A stretch of DNA of 64,000 nt from Octopus bimaculoides (GCF_001194135.2 NC_068998.1:750528-814527); one strand, 5' to 3'. Shown: positions 28,467-42,680, counted from the first letter of the stretch. Translations and numbers: made by a program. The notes: generated from the sequence alone by a model not told the origin.

Positions 28467-28985
28467 TTACCGATGATAATGGTGGTAGTTACTTATCCTT
28501 CAGCAAAGAATTGGCTTTCGACAAATCTAAAGAAATCACCACAAATATTGTTGCCTTTGAGTGGGAAATGAAGGCGATTTTCTTCTGTTCAGGTGTGGTG
28601 GGCATCAATGAAATGTCTAAAGGCAGACATTTTTCTCTTCAGCCAAACCCTTGTCGAGAAAGTGAACCAGGAGAAGTGCTGTCCTCTGGTAAATTTATCA
28701 AATGGTAGGGAAAGGGGTGAGTGAGCATGGCTCGAATAGGCCTGAGAATTATATTCTTGACAATGTACTTATTATTGGTAGAAAGGAGAAAACAAGAACC
28801 GTGGCATTTCTTTTGCGTTCTTTGGGACGGATCTGTTGACATACAAAGTTTATATTGTCTCTACTTTCATTTTCACTTTTCTTATTCATTCAAATTCAAT
28901 GTAAAGAACCTTCCTACCGCCACACACTTTTTGTAACATCTTCATGAACTGTCCCTCATCCATCCAACTTATCACCAATAAAACA

Positions 28986-29030
<45 letters not shown>

Positions 29031-29323
29031 AGTCTGTCTTAGAAACATGGAGTGGGAGAGGAAAAGACAGTGAGGTGGTAATGACATTTTATTCTTTCGC
29101 AGACTAAGGAGTAAAGAATTAAGTTCGATGAGCTCTGCGAGTTCTCAACATGAATTTTTATAAGTGGTTGACTGACGAGAAATCAAAGAATTTTGAATTT
29201 TGTTAGAAGAATTTGGAAAAGTGCTTAGTACAAGGGCCAGATTCACGCACATTTGTATACTCATAGACACACGAATACATGCACTCACTCACTCGCATAT
29301 ACTCGCTCACCTACTCTTTCTTT

Positions 29324-29429
<106 letters not shown>

Positions 29430-29527
29430 TTATAATGTTTCCATTCATAAGTGTATTATTGTCAGAATTCCTGCGTTTGTTTGGATCATTTTTCACTCAC
29501 CCAATGTTTTGATGTTTGTCTTTACAG

Positions 29528-29674
29528 AAGTAAGAGAGGTGTTCGACTTATTTGATTTCTGGGATGGTCGTGATGGAGATGTCGATGCTTACAAAGTGGG
29601 GGATCTGCTCCGGTGTTTGGGAATGAACCCAACAAATGCACAGATTCACAAGCATGGCGGTACCAAGAAGATGG
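29528..29674 (+). CDS. ELC: Myosin essential light chain paralogue A (muscle type), exon with EF-hand I
   Basis: tttacag|AA acceptor and G|gtcagt donor, 147 nt, phase 1. (E)VREVFDLFDFWDGRDGDVDAYKVGDLLRCLGMNPTNAQIHKHGGTKKM contains the molluscan ELC signature DFWDGRDG. Confidence 0.97.
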
Positions 29675-29996
29675 GTCAGTATAACATCTATCTATCTAGC
29701 TATATGTGCATGCGTGGACATGCATGTATTCTATGTATGTGTGTATATATATACATACATACATACATACAAACATATATANNNNNNNNNNNNNNNNNNN
29801 NNNNNNNNNNNNNNNNNNNNNNNNNNNNNNNNNNNNNNNNNNNNNNNNNNNNNNNNNNNNNNNNNNNNNNNNNNNNNNNNNNNNNNNNNNNNNNNNNNNN
29901 NNNNNNNNNNNNNNNNNNNNNNNNNNNNNNNNNNNNNNNNNNNNNNNNNNNNNNNNNNNNNNNNNNNNNNNNNNNNNNNNNNNNNNNNNNNNNNNN

Positions 29997-30043
<47 letters not shown>

Positions 30044-30330
30044 GGACAGCCAAGAGGTGCCGATGCCGACTACATAAACATCCTAACACAAATAACAAGA
30101 GCATGATACACGTTAGCAAGCTATGCTCGTCAGTGAGTGACGGCTGGCTGTACTTTAATCTTCTTAACACTTTTCAATCGTATCAGACTGCTATTTCTAG
30201 CAAGTTGGTTAAGCCCCAAACAGACTCGTTAGTTCTATTGTGATATTGCTCAGCTCTAAAAAAATTCTTTAATGTTCTTTAACACAATAATATGAAATGT
30301 TAATTGCATTATTTTTGGTTTACCTGACAG

Positions 30331-30498
30331 GTGAGAAATCTTACAAACTGGAAGAAATCTTGCCAATCTATGAAGAAATGAGCTTGGAAAAAGATAAGGG
30401 TACAAACGCAGACTTTATGGAGGCATTCAAAACCTTTGACAGAGAGGGTCAAGGTTTCATCTCATCGGCAGAAATGAGAAATGTACTTATGTCCTTGG
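30331..30498 (+). CDS. ELC: ELC-A next exon
   Basis: ctgacag|GT ... G|gtaagt, 168 nt. (G)EKSYKLEEILPIYEEMSLEKDKGTNADFMEAFKTFDREGQGFISSAEMRNVLMSL. Confidence 0.97.
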
Positions 30499-30921
30499 GT
30501 AAGTAAATCTGTCTTGATCTGCATGTGTGGGTGTGTGTATGTGAGCGTGTGCGCGCGCGCGCGAGCGTGTGTGTGCGTGTGTGCGTGTGTGCGTGTGTGC
30601 GTGTGTGTATGTATGTGTGCGTATGTATGTGTGTATCTAAGTGAACGTATACGTAATGAGTTCATGGTATGTCTGCGTGCGTATGTATGTCTATGTATGC
30701 GTGTGCATCTGTACGTAAATGTATGTGTACGAAAGGAAGTGTTTGTAAGGATCTGCGTATGGGAGGGAGGGAGAGAGTATGTAGAGTATATGTAAGTGTG
30801 TGTGTGCGCACGCATGTACATGTGTATGTATGTATGTATGTATGTATTATTCTGTTGACTGTTTTCCCGCCGCTGCTCAAACTAACTCTGCCCTCTTTTA
30901 TTGGTTGCCGCGTCTCTACAG

Positions 30922-31008
30922 GAGAGAAAATCACTGATGCACAAATGACTGAAATCACTCAGTTCTGTGATATCAGAGAAGACATCGATGGCAACATCAA
31001 ATATGAAG
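30922..31008 (+). CDS. ELC: ELC-A penultimate coding exon
   Basis: ctctacag|GA ... G|gtaact, 87 nt. (G)EKITDAQMTEITQFCDIREDIDGNIKYE. Confidence 0.96.
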
Positions 31009-31054
31009 GTAACTTCTTTGATTTCAATACAACACCCACATTATTCATTCTATC

Positions 31055-31151
<97 letters not shown>

Positions 31152-31315
31152 CCACTTTCTCTGTACCCTTCTTTATACATCTCTCACTACCTTTCTCTTT
31201 ATATAATATATTCCTCTCCTTCGTCTCTCTCTCTCTCTCTCTCTCTTCCTTATCTCTCTTTTGCTCTCTTTCTCTCCAATAATAATAATGATAATATTAA
31301 TTTTTCTCTTTCCAG

Positions 31316-31365
31316 AATTCATTAAGAGAGTTATGTCTGGTCCTTTCCCTGATGGTGAGAAATAA
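31316..31365 (+). CDS. ELC: ELC-A terminal coding exon
   Basis: tttttctctttccag|AA. (E)FIKRVMSGPFPDGEK*, stop TAA at 31363-65; AATAAA at 31454-59. Confidence 0.95.
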
Positions 31366-32799
31366 CTTTAAAATGTTTTGTCTCTAAACCCAAAACATTA
31401 AAAAAAAAACAAAAAAAAAAAAACATTTAAAAATCAACAACAAGATCAAGCAAAATAAAGTCACAGTATCCACCACCACCACCACTACCACCGCCGCCGC
31501 TACCACTTTCTATACAATTACCACCACCGCTGCTGCCACTACTACTACTACCACCACTACCACTAACATATACGATAGTATCTACAATGCCATCTGTCTA
31601 TCGTACTGGGATTCCCTGAAGTCCCAGAATGTTACAGTCGAAGAAGACGAGTCGTGGGAGAAGAGAGAAGAAATAACGTGATGAGGTTTGAAGATACAAC
31701 ACGTCAACTTTATGTAGAAGCACCTCCCACGATATAACATAGTAAAATAATAAGGGAAAGCTAGTGATATGCCACCTGGGATGAAAAGCTTAATAACAAC
31801 AATGAATATCCAGTTGTTCATTTTCCCTCTTCCTCCTCTGTAACATCATTGTGTATATGTATATATATGTATATGTATATATAGTGAGGAAGAAGGGAGT
31901 ATTTTAATACTGTACCAAAAGCTACCAATATTTCCCAGTTAAGTCTTTTGTTCTATGATATTCATGCCAGTGTTTAATGGAAGATCGAGGCAATCAAATG
32001 AGTTGGATTTTCGTTTTGAAATGGTGAAATAACAGCATTTGCCGAGGAAAGTGAAATCAAGAAGATCTGACATCTACACCTTTGTTTAAATGGAGGTATT
32101 TCAAGACTATCACATTTGTCTTCTTCGTATATAGTGGCTGGAACAATAGTAAGAACACGAATATCTAATCATTTCTATATAATACCAACCAATAAGTGCC
32201 TTCACTATCGGATGTTTTCTCAAGGATCAAATTGTACCAACAACTATGATAATAATATTAATAACAACAACAGCAACAACAACAGCAATAGAAATAATCT
32301 TGGTAACACTTATGAAAACTTGATCTGCAGCATTTTCACTGTACTTCAGTCACGCCAACCATCAATAGCAACAACAATAACAACAAATATTATTATATAC
32401 GACTACAACAACATCAATCAATGTAACATCCGCTACCACTACAATAGCCTTCACTGTTGGTTATTTTTCATCGTGGATACATACGAATATAGTTTTCTTG
32501 TGATTTATTATTTATTTGTGACGTGGGAAAGGAATGAAAATAAGAAAACAGACAAGGAAAAACCGGAATAAAATAAAAGAAACATGGCTGCCAGAGACAT
32601 GCGCAGATCACGGCGGACATATTTAACAACACTGTTCGTTTTGATGATTGAGAGACAGAATGTTTTAAGACCTTTTACAACAATAGAAGAAAGACGCTCT
32701 TTCTTTCGTCGAGTGAATCTATTTATTGTGTTGGATTTTTTCATTTTTTGAGTTGTTTATTTATTTTGTTGATTTTTTTACTCTTTATACATACATACG

Positions 32800-32831
<32 letters not shown>

Positions 32832-33239
32832 CACNNNNNNNNNNNNNNNNNNNNNNNNNNNNNNNNNNNNNNNNNNNNNNNNNNNNNNNNNNNNNNNNNN
32901 NNNNNNNNNNNNNNNNNNNNNNNNNNNNNNNNNNNNNNNNNNNNNNNNNNNNNNNNNNNNNNNNNNNNNNNNNNNNNNNNNNNNNNNNNNNNNNNNNNNN
33001 NNNNNNNNNNNNNNNNNNNNNNNNNNNNNNNNNNNNNNNNNNNNNNNNNNNNNNNNNNNNNNNNNNNNNNNNNNNNNNNNNNNNNNNNNNNNNNNNNNNN
33101 NNNNNNNNNNNNNNNNNNNNNNNNNNNNNNNNNNNNNNNNNNNNNNNNNNNNNNNNNNNNNNNNATATATATATATATATATATACATACTTTTTTCTGA
33201 TCTTTAATATATATATGTGTGTATGTTTGTGTGTGTGAG

Positions 33240-33278
<39 letters not shown>

Positions 33279-33676
33279 GGTATTGATATTTTCCAATTTA
33301 ATATTGTAAATGATGACCTGGTGTGAGGGAGTTCTGGAATTTTAGACTCATGGTACAATAATTTCGAAATCGTATTGGGTTGACGTCAGTTTATTCAAAT
33401 GTATAATTCTAACCCTTGACCTCCTCTAATCAGATATTAAATAAAAAGGTGAGAATTCAAAGAAGATTAATAGAGAGTTAAATAATCAGTTTTAATATCG
33501 ATTATTCATCGATCGATGTTTAATAGATTTAGTTGTGAGAGAATAGTGAAATGATGAATGGTGAGAGGACATAGATTTGTGAGTGCAGGAACTTGTGCGT
33601 GTGTGTTTGCGTGTGCATGTATATGTGCGTGTGTGTGTGTATACATGCATGTATGTATAAGTATAGATGTAAATTC

Positions 33677-33721
<45 letters not shown>

Positions 33722-34100
33722 GTGTCCATCTGTATAAAGCTAAGTGCGCATATATACGTGTGTGTGTGTGTGTGCAGAGGATTGGCTGGGTAATGCAAGT
33801 TTGTGAACGCGTATGAATGTGTATTAACTTGTGGTTCGTTTGTGTGCTTTGGTGTGTGTGATTGTATGTTGGTGTGTGTGGTTCTATGCATGTGCTTGTC
33901 TGTGTGTACTTTGGAATTACCAGCAACAGTGAAAAATGCTCAAAACGAAATGAGAGCGTAACTCTGGGTTGTGATGTTGTCGTTACTCTGTGTTCCACGA
34001 ATATCGTCGCTGGTTAACGAGCGTCGGTGTTGTCAGTAAGGATCGTTGTAAAGCTCTCAGGATAACGTCAGCAACGCAACAAATAATGTGTGTGTGTGTG

Positions 34101-34150
<50 letters not shown>

Positions 34151-34210
34151 NNNNNNNNNNNNNNNNNNNNNNNNNNNNNNNNNNNNNNNNNNNNNNNNNN
34201 NNNNNTGTGC

Positions 34211-34258
<48 letters not shown>

Positions 34259-36703
34259 TACTTGTGCAAATATATTTCGTTATAGTAATAATCATTTCTG
34301 ACAAGGCATAATTAAAATGGGTGAGTTAACTCAGTGAGGTATTCATTCCTGTCCCTGGAGGTGCTAACATTTCCTGAAGTAATAATCAACGATGGCGATC
34401 GAGCTCAGAAATGAGCTAGCCAGGCTCGATACGGTTTACTGATTACATTAGAAGTGCAAGTTTCTCTTTCATTTTAGCAAGGAGTTGTTGAGTGACAGAG
34501 GTGGGCAACATACGTCATGGGGCTGTTTTCTCTCTTGTTACTAAACACAGCATACACACGAGATTGATCCAGCGAGGGAGCTGCTAAGTGATGGTAAAAC
34601 TTGTTAGAAATAACAGCCAGAAGAACGAATTGAATAATGTGTTAGAAAGCCAAAATGACCAGAATACGACTGGATAATCACGGCTGGAACGCCTTTGATC
34701 ATGGCATTGATTGACCAGAGTTAGCTTGAGCTTAAACAACGACATCGAGGTTTTAAAACGAGGCTTCGTCGACTAAGGCTAGTAAAAGTGCATGGTCTAG
34801 TGGCTGAAGTGATTTTGTAATCACTAATATAAGGTTGATGGTTCTCGTACCGGACATTGTGTCTTTGGACGAAACACATTATTTTCCTTTGCTTCAGTTC
34901 ATGTCCATTCAGCGTCTGATGGACAATGAGCTGAACGGAGGGTTCAGAGCAGCGGAGAGAAGGGTCGTTAGCGCGCCCAACAAAGTTGGCTAGCGATATT
35001 TAATTATGAACCTTTACGTTCAAAGTTCAAAACTAACCAGTGTCGACGACCAGTCATTTCTCAAGGGTGGTCGTTGTCTAAATTCAGATAAACTTTAATC
35101 AAGCAGACCATGATCAAAGACGTTCTGACCACGGCCATCCAGTTTTAGGATTATTATAGGTATGTTTGTTCTCTTTTTAAGACTGCAAGATATGATTTAA
35201 CGGCAATTTAAGTGCTACTTCTAGCACACCACGTGACCATGTAGCAGCTCCTGTCAAATACTGAGGTCGGTATAAATGACTGAGCCGCCAAAAAGTGTTT
35301 GACTAAGAAACTAAATATCAGCTAGATCATCACACCACTGAAGACTGTGTTATTGGATTAACTTGTGCTTCATTCATGATACAATTCATAATTGTAAATT
35401 CTCTTCCGCACCGTTTAGCTTTCACTCGAATTAAATAGAGAACACCGGACTATGAAGTGACATTGCAAGGGAAAGATTTGAAAAGTTCCAAAAGCTCCAG
35501 AATTATTTAAATTAAGGATTCAACATATAAACTGATATTGAACTTATCTCCCATGTTTGTTGATGTTGAAAAGTTTTTCATCCATTTAGACATAAGAGTT
35601 CCATTGAATAAAAGAGCTTTGCTCTCGTTTTGTTCATGTCATTAAAAGTCTGCTTGGCGGCACATATCCGACTTCAAGCATAGAATTCATCACGGTAAAT
35701 TAAGAACAGATGGGTCAAAGGGCACATTACCGCCTTCATTCAAAGCGACATCATTTTCTTATTCTGCTTCCTGATGGAAACATTTTAGTGGGTTTCACAA
35801 GAAAGACAAGGACAATGATACAAATATACAAACGCCGGTTATCTTAATATCCACTGAAGCTCAATGAAAATTACTGCCAGACAAACCTACACGAGTAAAT
35901 CAGTTGTTTATCGGTTCGCTGTTTTACCAACCTGAAAACAGAAAGAAAAAAACATTTCTCCTGGGAAGAATACAGATCCTCGATAATAGGCAGGCGTTTC
36001 ACGAAAAAGAATTTCTGTTACACCCCACGGAACAGAGAAAAGAGAGAGAAAGATTTTAACACTAGCAGAGAACAGTTTTAGCCGTAGAAACGTTATTCAG
36101 TATACACAATCGGTATTTCAGAAGGAATTGTATGGTGCAACAAATATTTCAAATAATAAACCGTTCGAAGTCTCCATTAATCTGTAGCAGAATTTAAACG
36201 AAGCCCTACAGTTTTCCTGCCCCTCGCAGAAGTAAATAGAAGGACTGGCTACATAGAGTCAGGATGATGAGCTTTAGTTACAATCTACGGGCAACATCTG
36301 TCTTTGCTTTGGGACTCTCAGTTGCCGGAAATGCTAACAGTCTTTCTGGAAAACATTTGATAGGACTTACCACCCATTGATGGATACCACTGATCCTCTA
36401 AGGCATATTGATTGTCTATTACATATGAAAAATAAGTGAACTATAAAAATTAGTACTAAAATATTGTAACATTAATAAGTTAGATCGCTGGACTGGATTG
36501 AATCGGTAGAGCGTCGGCTCAGCCTGCCTTGTGGTATTTAGGATATTTAACATTCTACGTTCAAATATGGTTGATGTCAACATAACCTTCCGTCCTTCTG
36601 GAATCGACGAAATAAAGTACCAGTCATATATTGAGGTCGATAGAATTGATTAACCTTCTCATTGTGACAATGTAAGAAATTCATATTAAATTATGCCAAG
36701 GTC

Positions 36704-36747
36704 GGTAGATGGCAGCACTAGATAAGGTAGATGGCAGCACTAGATAA
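36704..36747 (+). repeat. Perfect 22-bp tandem duplication (ggtagatggcagcactagataa)x2
   Basis: Exact copies at 36704-36725 and 36726-36747. Confidence 0.9.
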
Positions 36748-36799
36748 GCCACCAGACTCAACATCTTAAAATAGTTGATGTAGTTGACCGTACTATATA

Positions 36800-37372
36800 T
36801 TAGGTTGTCAAGAAAGTTCTTGCGGTTTTTAACCTTTAAATTCAGATGCACATATCTCGGCTCAAACAAAACTCTATTAATCGAAATAAACACCATCAGA
36901 ATGAACACACTTTTGCCAACGCGAAACAAGTTTATTTATGCTAGTAGCGTAAAAATCCTCCGTTCTGGTTGCGATGAAGTCGTTGAAGGCGTGTTTGGCA
37001 TCGTCTTGGTTTTTGGAGCATTTCTCCCGCAGGAAGTTGTCGAGGTGCTTGAAAAAGTGGTAGTCAGTAGGCGAGAGGTCTGGTGAGTATGGTGGATGAG
37101 GCAGAGTTTCGTAGCCTAATTCGTTCAACTTCTGCAGGGTCAGTTATGCGACGTGCGACCGAGCATTGTCGTGGAGAAGAATTGGTCCTTTTCTATTGAC
37201 ACTGCTGGCTGCTTTTGTCGGAGTTTCTTATGCATTTCATTCATTTGCTGCCAGTACTTCTCCGCCGTAATGCTTTCGCCTGGATCCAAAAAGCTGTGAT
37301 GGATGAGACCGGCCGCAGACCACCAAACAGTCACCATGACCTTCTTTTGGTGCAACTTTGGCTTTATTCTAC
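36800..37372 (-). mobile_element. Mariner (DD34D) transposon, 3' half with TIR
   Basis: HQKKVMVTVWWSAAGLIHHSFLDPGESITAEKY, then after a frameshift LNELGYETLPHPPYSPDLSPTDYHFFKHLDNFL...WQKCVHSDGVYFD*. Mariner-type end TA|TTAGGTTGTCAAGAAAGTTCTTGCGGTTTTT at 36798-36830. Confidence 0.93.
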
Positions 37373-38228
37373 ATCCCTCAGGGTTCTGAGTTCAAATCGT
37401 ATCGCGGTGGGCATTGTTCTATTTTTTTTTAATTGTCCACGGTTGATCAAAATACAACAGAATGGATCTAGTCTCGAGAAGTCTCCTACCATTATTGGAA
37501 TTTGTAAGCATACTATAAAAATAATTAGGGCGTCTGAAACATTGCTTTGTGATATTTTTTCCGGTTCCTTACGTTCTGAGTTCACATTCCGCCAAGGTCA
37601 GAGTTGTCTTTCACCTTCCAGGGTCTATAAGATAAAATACCAGTCAAGTACTAGTTCAGCGGTATCGTCTAACCCCTCCCCTCAGAGCTGCTGACCTTGT
37701 GCTAAATCAGAAAGCATTATTAGCATAAGAAATGATTATTACGATAAGGATTCCGTTATAAATGCAACGAGATACCTGAAACAGTTACAAGAATACAAGA
37801 AAACTAGTTGTGTGAGATGCCGAAGAGTTCCAGTTCCTTTGTCTTCTCCATACCAAAATATACCTAATGAAATACCGAAATGGTTCAGAAATAGTCTAGA
37901 GAAGAACTAGACACAACAACTACCAGGTGGTGTCAAAGATCGGAATAATGTCTAAATCTATGAGATTGTTCCAATTGTCAGTATATTAACGAATCGACTA
38001 GGTCACCCTAATTCCCAGAATTATGATAAAGTCTGACTCTTATGCTAACAACGCAACCGATTTCAAAGGAATTTCAAATAGAAAATAACGGCAACTTGTT
38101 CAGTAGACATATACGTTGAACTATGAACTTGAATAGCCTTATATATATNNNNNNNNNNNNNNNNNNNNNNNNNNNNNNNNNNNNNNNNNNNNNNNNNNNN
38201 NNNNNNNNNNNNNNNNNNNNNNNNNNNN

Positions 38229-38293
<65 letters not shown>

Positions 38294-39299
38294 GGAATAA
38301 TGTACAGATGGTATCAAATAAGTAGCCGGTAAATTGTAACAGTACAAGACTGTTATGACCGAATATGTCGCAATAACACGATACCAGCCCACCCCTACAC
38401 ACACAGACCTCCTACGTGAAAAGATTAAAATGTCACAACTCGGCATCAAATGAATGAGATTTGGTGAAATGGTAAGTTGAAAGAAGCTGATGCATGGAAC
38501 TGGTTAGAGTGATTATCTCCATTAACTATAAGCACCCCCCACCCAGGAGGAAGTGATGCAGAATTAAATCATCTGGCATGATTGACTTATCCTGCTTTAT
38601 CAAACTGAGTTGATTATCGTCTGCTCATCGAGCGGCTAACCAATAGATTTCATAATCAGCTCACCTCATCGATTGTTCGAAGTATGTTAAAATCAGTTTA
38701 ACTCTGGTACCAAAATATTATCATTACAATTCAGGAAGAAGCTGATGCAATAAATGACGTGCGTGAAATATTCTCGATGTCTTGATATTTACGTCTTTCT
38801 TGGAGAAAGAGAACAGAAGTTTTTGTAGCATTTGTTTACGACCTTCAAATAAAATAGGTGAAATTATGTCAGAACTGATCTCACTATAGAATGACATGTT
38901 TCGATTTTGTTAGACTTCGACGGAGGAAAATAATATTTTCAAGTGAGTTCAACCTGCGGACAGAGGGTTTTAGAAGTAACAATAAGTGGTACGAATAATT
39001 AACGGCCAGGACAATTTTAATAATTGCTGCTAAAGGAAGTAACATTTGGTGACACGTTCACCCCCCACCCCCCTACACGGGACATTCACTTAGCAGACAT
39101 TGTTAGAGAGATTTTTACAAGTAGAATCACGAAATACTAGAATGATTAAGAGACAAAAGTGGTGGGTAGCGGCAGTGGCGGTGGTGTTACTGTTGTGTTA
39201 GTGGTGATGCTTATGGTGTTGGTGTTAGTGGTGGTGGTTGTATTAGTAGTGGTATTGTGACAGTAGTGGTGTTAGTAATGGTGGCGATGTTGCTTGTAG

Positions 39300-39980
39300 T
39301 GATGTCATTGTTTTTCTTTAAGCAATTAACATTGATAGCTAAACAAAGTAATTATAATAATCAGACAAGAAACACTTCTCTAGATTCTGCCTCATTCAAA
39401 ATAGTTGTAGGCTCAAGACTTTTGCAAGAATTAATTTTGAGTTTTGTAAGTTTATTTAATTGGTGACCCTTTCTATAACAAGTTACAATGAATCTTTCTA
39501 TAGAATTAAATTTAGTTCTGATAGTGTCTAAAAAATAATCCAATCAGATTGCTTCAATTCTCTCAAGAACCCAAACGAATATCGTTTGACCCAAAATAAT
39601 TCATCAAAGAAAAGCGAAACTTTTCTGGCGTGTATAATACCATCGATATCCAAATCAGTGACAGGAGTCAATCTATGGCCGCAATCCAGTGGTTTCACTA
39701 AGAGAGATTCAATGATGGCGAGGCTCAATTCCATAATGTCGAACTGGGAATTTACAGTTATTTTGGTCATGTATGTTATGGAACCCATCAATCACTGAAG
39801 TTCTATTTATTCCTAAGACAAAGGTTAATGGCTCGCTTAATGGTATTGTTGACTGAATCTAATGTAGACTTGTAACTAATTCGCTGTCGGTGAGAGTAAT
39901 GAATTGCTATTTAGGGTCAGCTAAGAAGTTGGGGTTATCATCTTTTAAAGTAATCTAAGGGAGGCCGACAGCCAAACATT
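39300..39980 (-). mobile_element. Penelope-like element (PLE) reverse-transcriptase relic
   Basis: ITLKDDNPNFLADPK, SQFDIMELSLAIIESLLVKPLD...DIDGIIHARKVSLFFDELFWVKR. These match PLE RT motifs (FITLKDHK.NF..NPK; QFDI.EFYPSI..LL.KAL...IIMHARKSLLF...W.KK). Confidence 0.75.
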
Positions 39981-40070
39981 CTATTTTATCATCAACTGAG
40001 GTTGTTTTGCTTCATTATTTATTAAATACTGTGTGTGTGTGTGTGTATGTATGTGTGTGTATGTGTGTGT

Positions 40071-40106
<36 letters not shown>

Positions 40107-40226
40107 TGTTACTGACATCAAAACTAACACAGTTCTATATTTAAGAGATGAGGAATTATGTACATTATTTACATTATTTACATTATTTACATTCGACGGA
40201 TATTTGCCCTCATCTTGTTTGTTGTT

Positions 40227-40272
40227 AACACAACGTTTCGGCTGATATACCCTCCAGCCTTCATCAGGTGTC
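40227..40272 (-). ncRNA. Minimal type I hammerhead ribozyme (PLE-type)
   Basis: Minus strand GACAC-CUGAUGA-A-GGCUG[gaggguauau]CAGCC-GAA-ACGU-U-GUGUU. Intact core, 5-bp stem II, 5-bp stem I, palindromic stem III; same strand as, and ~250 bp 5' of, the PLE RT relic. Confidence 0.8.
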
Positions 40273-40499
40273 TTGGGGAAATTTCGAACCTGGGTTCTCA
40301 TTCCTAAGGTATTTTTCGATGTTATTATTATTATTAGTATTATTATTATCGTTATTATTATTATTATTATTATTATTCAGGTCACTGCCTGGAATCGAAC
40401 TCGGAATCTTGGAGTTAGTAAATGACAAATACATGTCAAATGTAAATAATGTAAAAAATGATCAAAGAAAAATATTCTAAAAATCTAACAACATTACTG

Positions 40500-40790
40500 T
40501 ATAACTGAATAGAGCGTACCAAAGTTGTGGATATTCAGGAACTGCGAAGAATAAAGACAGTTCTGGTAACGTCGGTGCTTTACATTATTTATCAACACAG
40601 AACTCAAGAAATACAGAAGCATACTTCGTTTATCAGAATCTCTCATTATTGAGAAAAAAATTAAGCAAATGGAAAGGAGACTCGAAACGAAGGTCTTGGT
40701 CAGTGAAGAGAGTAGACGTGATACAAATAGTAATTGGTACGCTTGGAAGTATCAGCAGTCAACTACCAACATGGCTGAATCCCCAAAGGT
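40500..40790 (+). mobile_element. Decayed Dong/R4-like RLE fragment
   Basis: RSWSVKRVDVIQIVIGTLGSISSQLPTWL resembles the RLE C-terminus RLW..K.V.VIPVVIGALG.V...L..WL. Confidence 0.55.
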
Positions 40791-41699
40791 AGTCTGTTAA
40801 GTATCTAACAGAAGAGAGAGAGAGAGAGAGAGAGAGAGGGGTGGGTGGGACAGAATTATATCTGTGAGTTATTTTCCAATAAAACATCAAAATAATTCGG
40901 TAAATTATTTTAAAAACTTAAAGATCAAGTGAAAACTGTTAAGTCTCCAACTTGAATTCTGATATCATTTTGCAGTTTTTGATGTTGTGAGGTATTATTA
41001 AAAAAGTAATTGAAGTGAAATTAAACCAGTGCGTGTCTTCATTATTCTTGGCATACTGAAGGCGGCAAATTGGTAGAATCGTTAGAACGCTGGACAAAAT
41101 GCTTAGAGATATTTCGTCCTTCTTTACGTTCTAAGTTCAAATTCCACCGAGATCAACTTTGCCTTTCCTCTTTTCGAGGACGATAAAAACGGTTCCAGTC
41201 CCTCATTTGGGACTATGTAATCGACTAGCACCCTTCTCAAAAACGTCTGGCTTCGTGCCTATAGTGGAGAGAATTATTGGTAGAATGGCTATCCCGAGAT
41301 GCCACAAAATCTACTTCAACACATGAGTTCACGTTAGGAATCTGGTCAAGCAAATACAAAATGAAACATTAATGGTTCCTTCTGAACGAAACAGGAACCA
41401 TAGACCGGTGGGTGGGGCGAACACTATGTAATTGCAGTAAAATTGTCAATGACCTCAATGGCTAAAAATAAGCACATTATATACAAGAGTTATGAAACTA
41501 ATAACAACTGCAACAACAACAACAACAACAACAACAACACCAAATGGTAGCACCAAGCGCAGAAAATCGATAGTTCACTACTCACCATTGCAGAAATAGG
41601 TGTCCCGCGGTTTGTTACGATAATTTTTCCATAAAGGTGGATAATTCATCCCAGATGCAAAGATTCTATTCCCTTTGCTTAGACGTGAAACGTGGATGA

Positions 41700-41753
<54 letters not shown>

Positions 41754-42344
41754 TGGTAAGTTGTAAACATATTGATTTGGAATATCGAACAAACTTTAAA
41801 CTTACATATTTCTCTTACATCTAATTTATTTTCGGATTTGGTTTGCAAAACAGCACCCCTACAGAAATTGTTGTTGTTGTTGTTATTATTATTATTATTA
41901 TTATTATTGTTATTATTATTATTGACTTGAGAAGTGTGTAATGCGTTTACTTTCTTGAAACAAGAATTTGGTTCATCATAAAGAACATGCATAGAAATGT
42001 TCGAAATTGCCAAGCATACTCAACATGAACAGCAATGGTCAATGAAAAAATATTATAATTATTGTTGTTGTTGTTATCATCTTACGTAGTTGCCTTTCCA
42101 TATTATGTTACGAGTGAAGCTAGTTTAATTTTCTACGATAAATATTTTAAAATGCAAAACGATTATCAAATTAATTGATACTTGAAAAGTTGAACAAATC
42201 ATAATTATTAGCTTTAATTACATTTAATTAAAACATTAATTACAACGTAAGAAAACAAAACGAATTAAACTTACCTTTTCGTCCGAGATGTGGAGAAAAA
42301 AAAAGGGCGCCATTTTTAAGCTGTTGTGGTCATTGCCGCTGCTC

Positions 42345-42629
42345 CTCATTGCTGTTGTTGTTGTTGTTGTTGTTGCTGCTGCTGTTGTTGTTGTTGCTGC
42401 TGCTGTTGTTGTTGTTATTGTTGTTGTTGTTGCTGCTGCTGCTGCTGTTGTTTCTGGTGTTGTTGTTGCTGCTGCTGCTGCTGCTGCTGTTACTGTTGTT
42501 GTTGTTGTTGTTACTGCTGCTGTCGTTCTTACCACAGCTAATGTTGTTGCTATTGTTATTATTGTTGCTTATTGTTGTTGTTGTTTCTGTTGTTATTGTT
42601 GTTGCTGCTGCTGCTTTTGCTGCTGCTGT

Positions 42630-42671
<42 letters not shown>

Positions 42672-42680
42672 TGTTGGCTA
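42345..42680. repeat. Mosaic (GTT/GCT)n trinucleotide array
   Basis: About 335 bp of interleaved GTT/GCT triplets; it produces the spurious poly-L/C/V/A ORFs. Confidence 0.95.

Noticed and set aside
28633-28688. 46-nt phase 0-to-1 exon candidate for the ELC-A N-terminus (PNPCRESEPGEVLSS)
   Set aside because: No similarity to ELC N-termini such as SQLTKDEIE.
31354-31360. Possible internal donor G|GTGAGA in the ELC-A last exon (alternative C-terminus)
   Set aside because: No convincing downstream exon found, and the in-place reading gives a normal tail.
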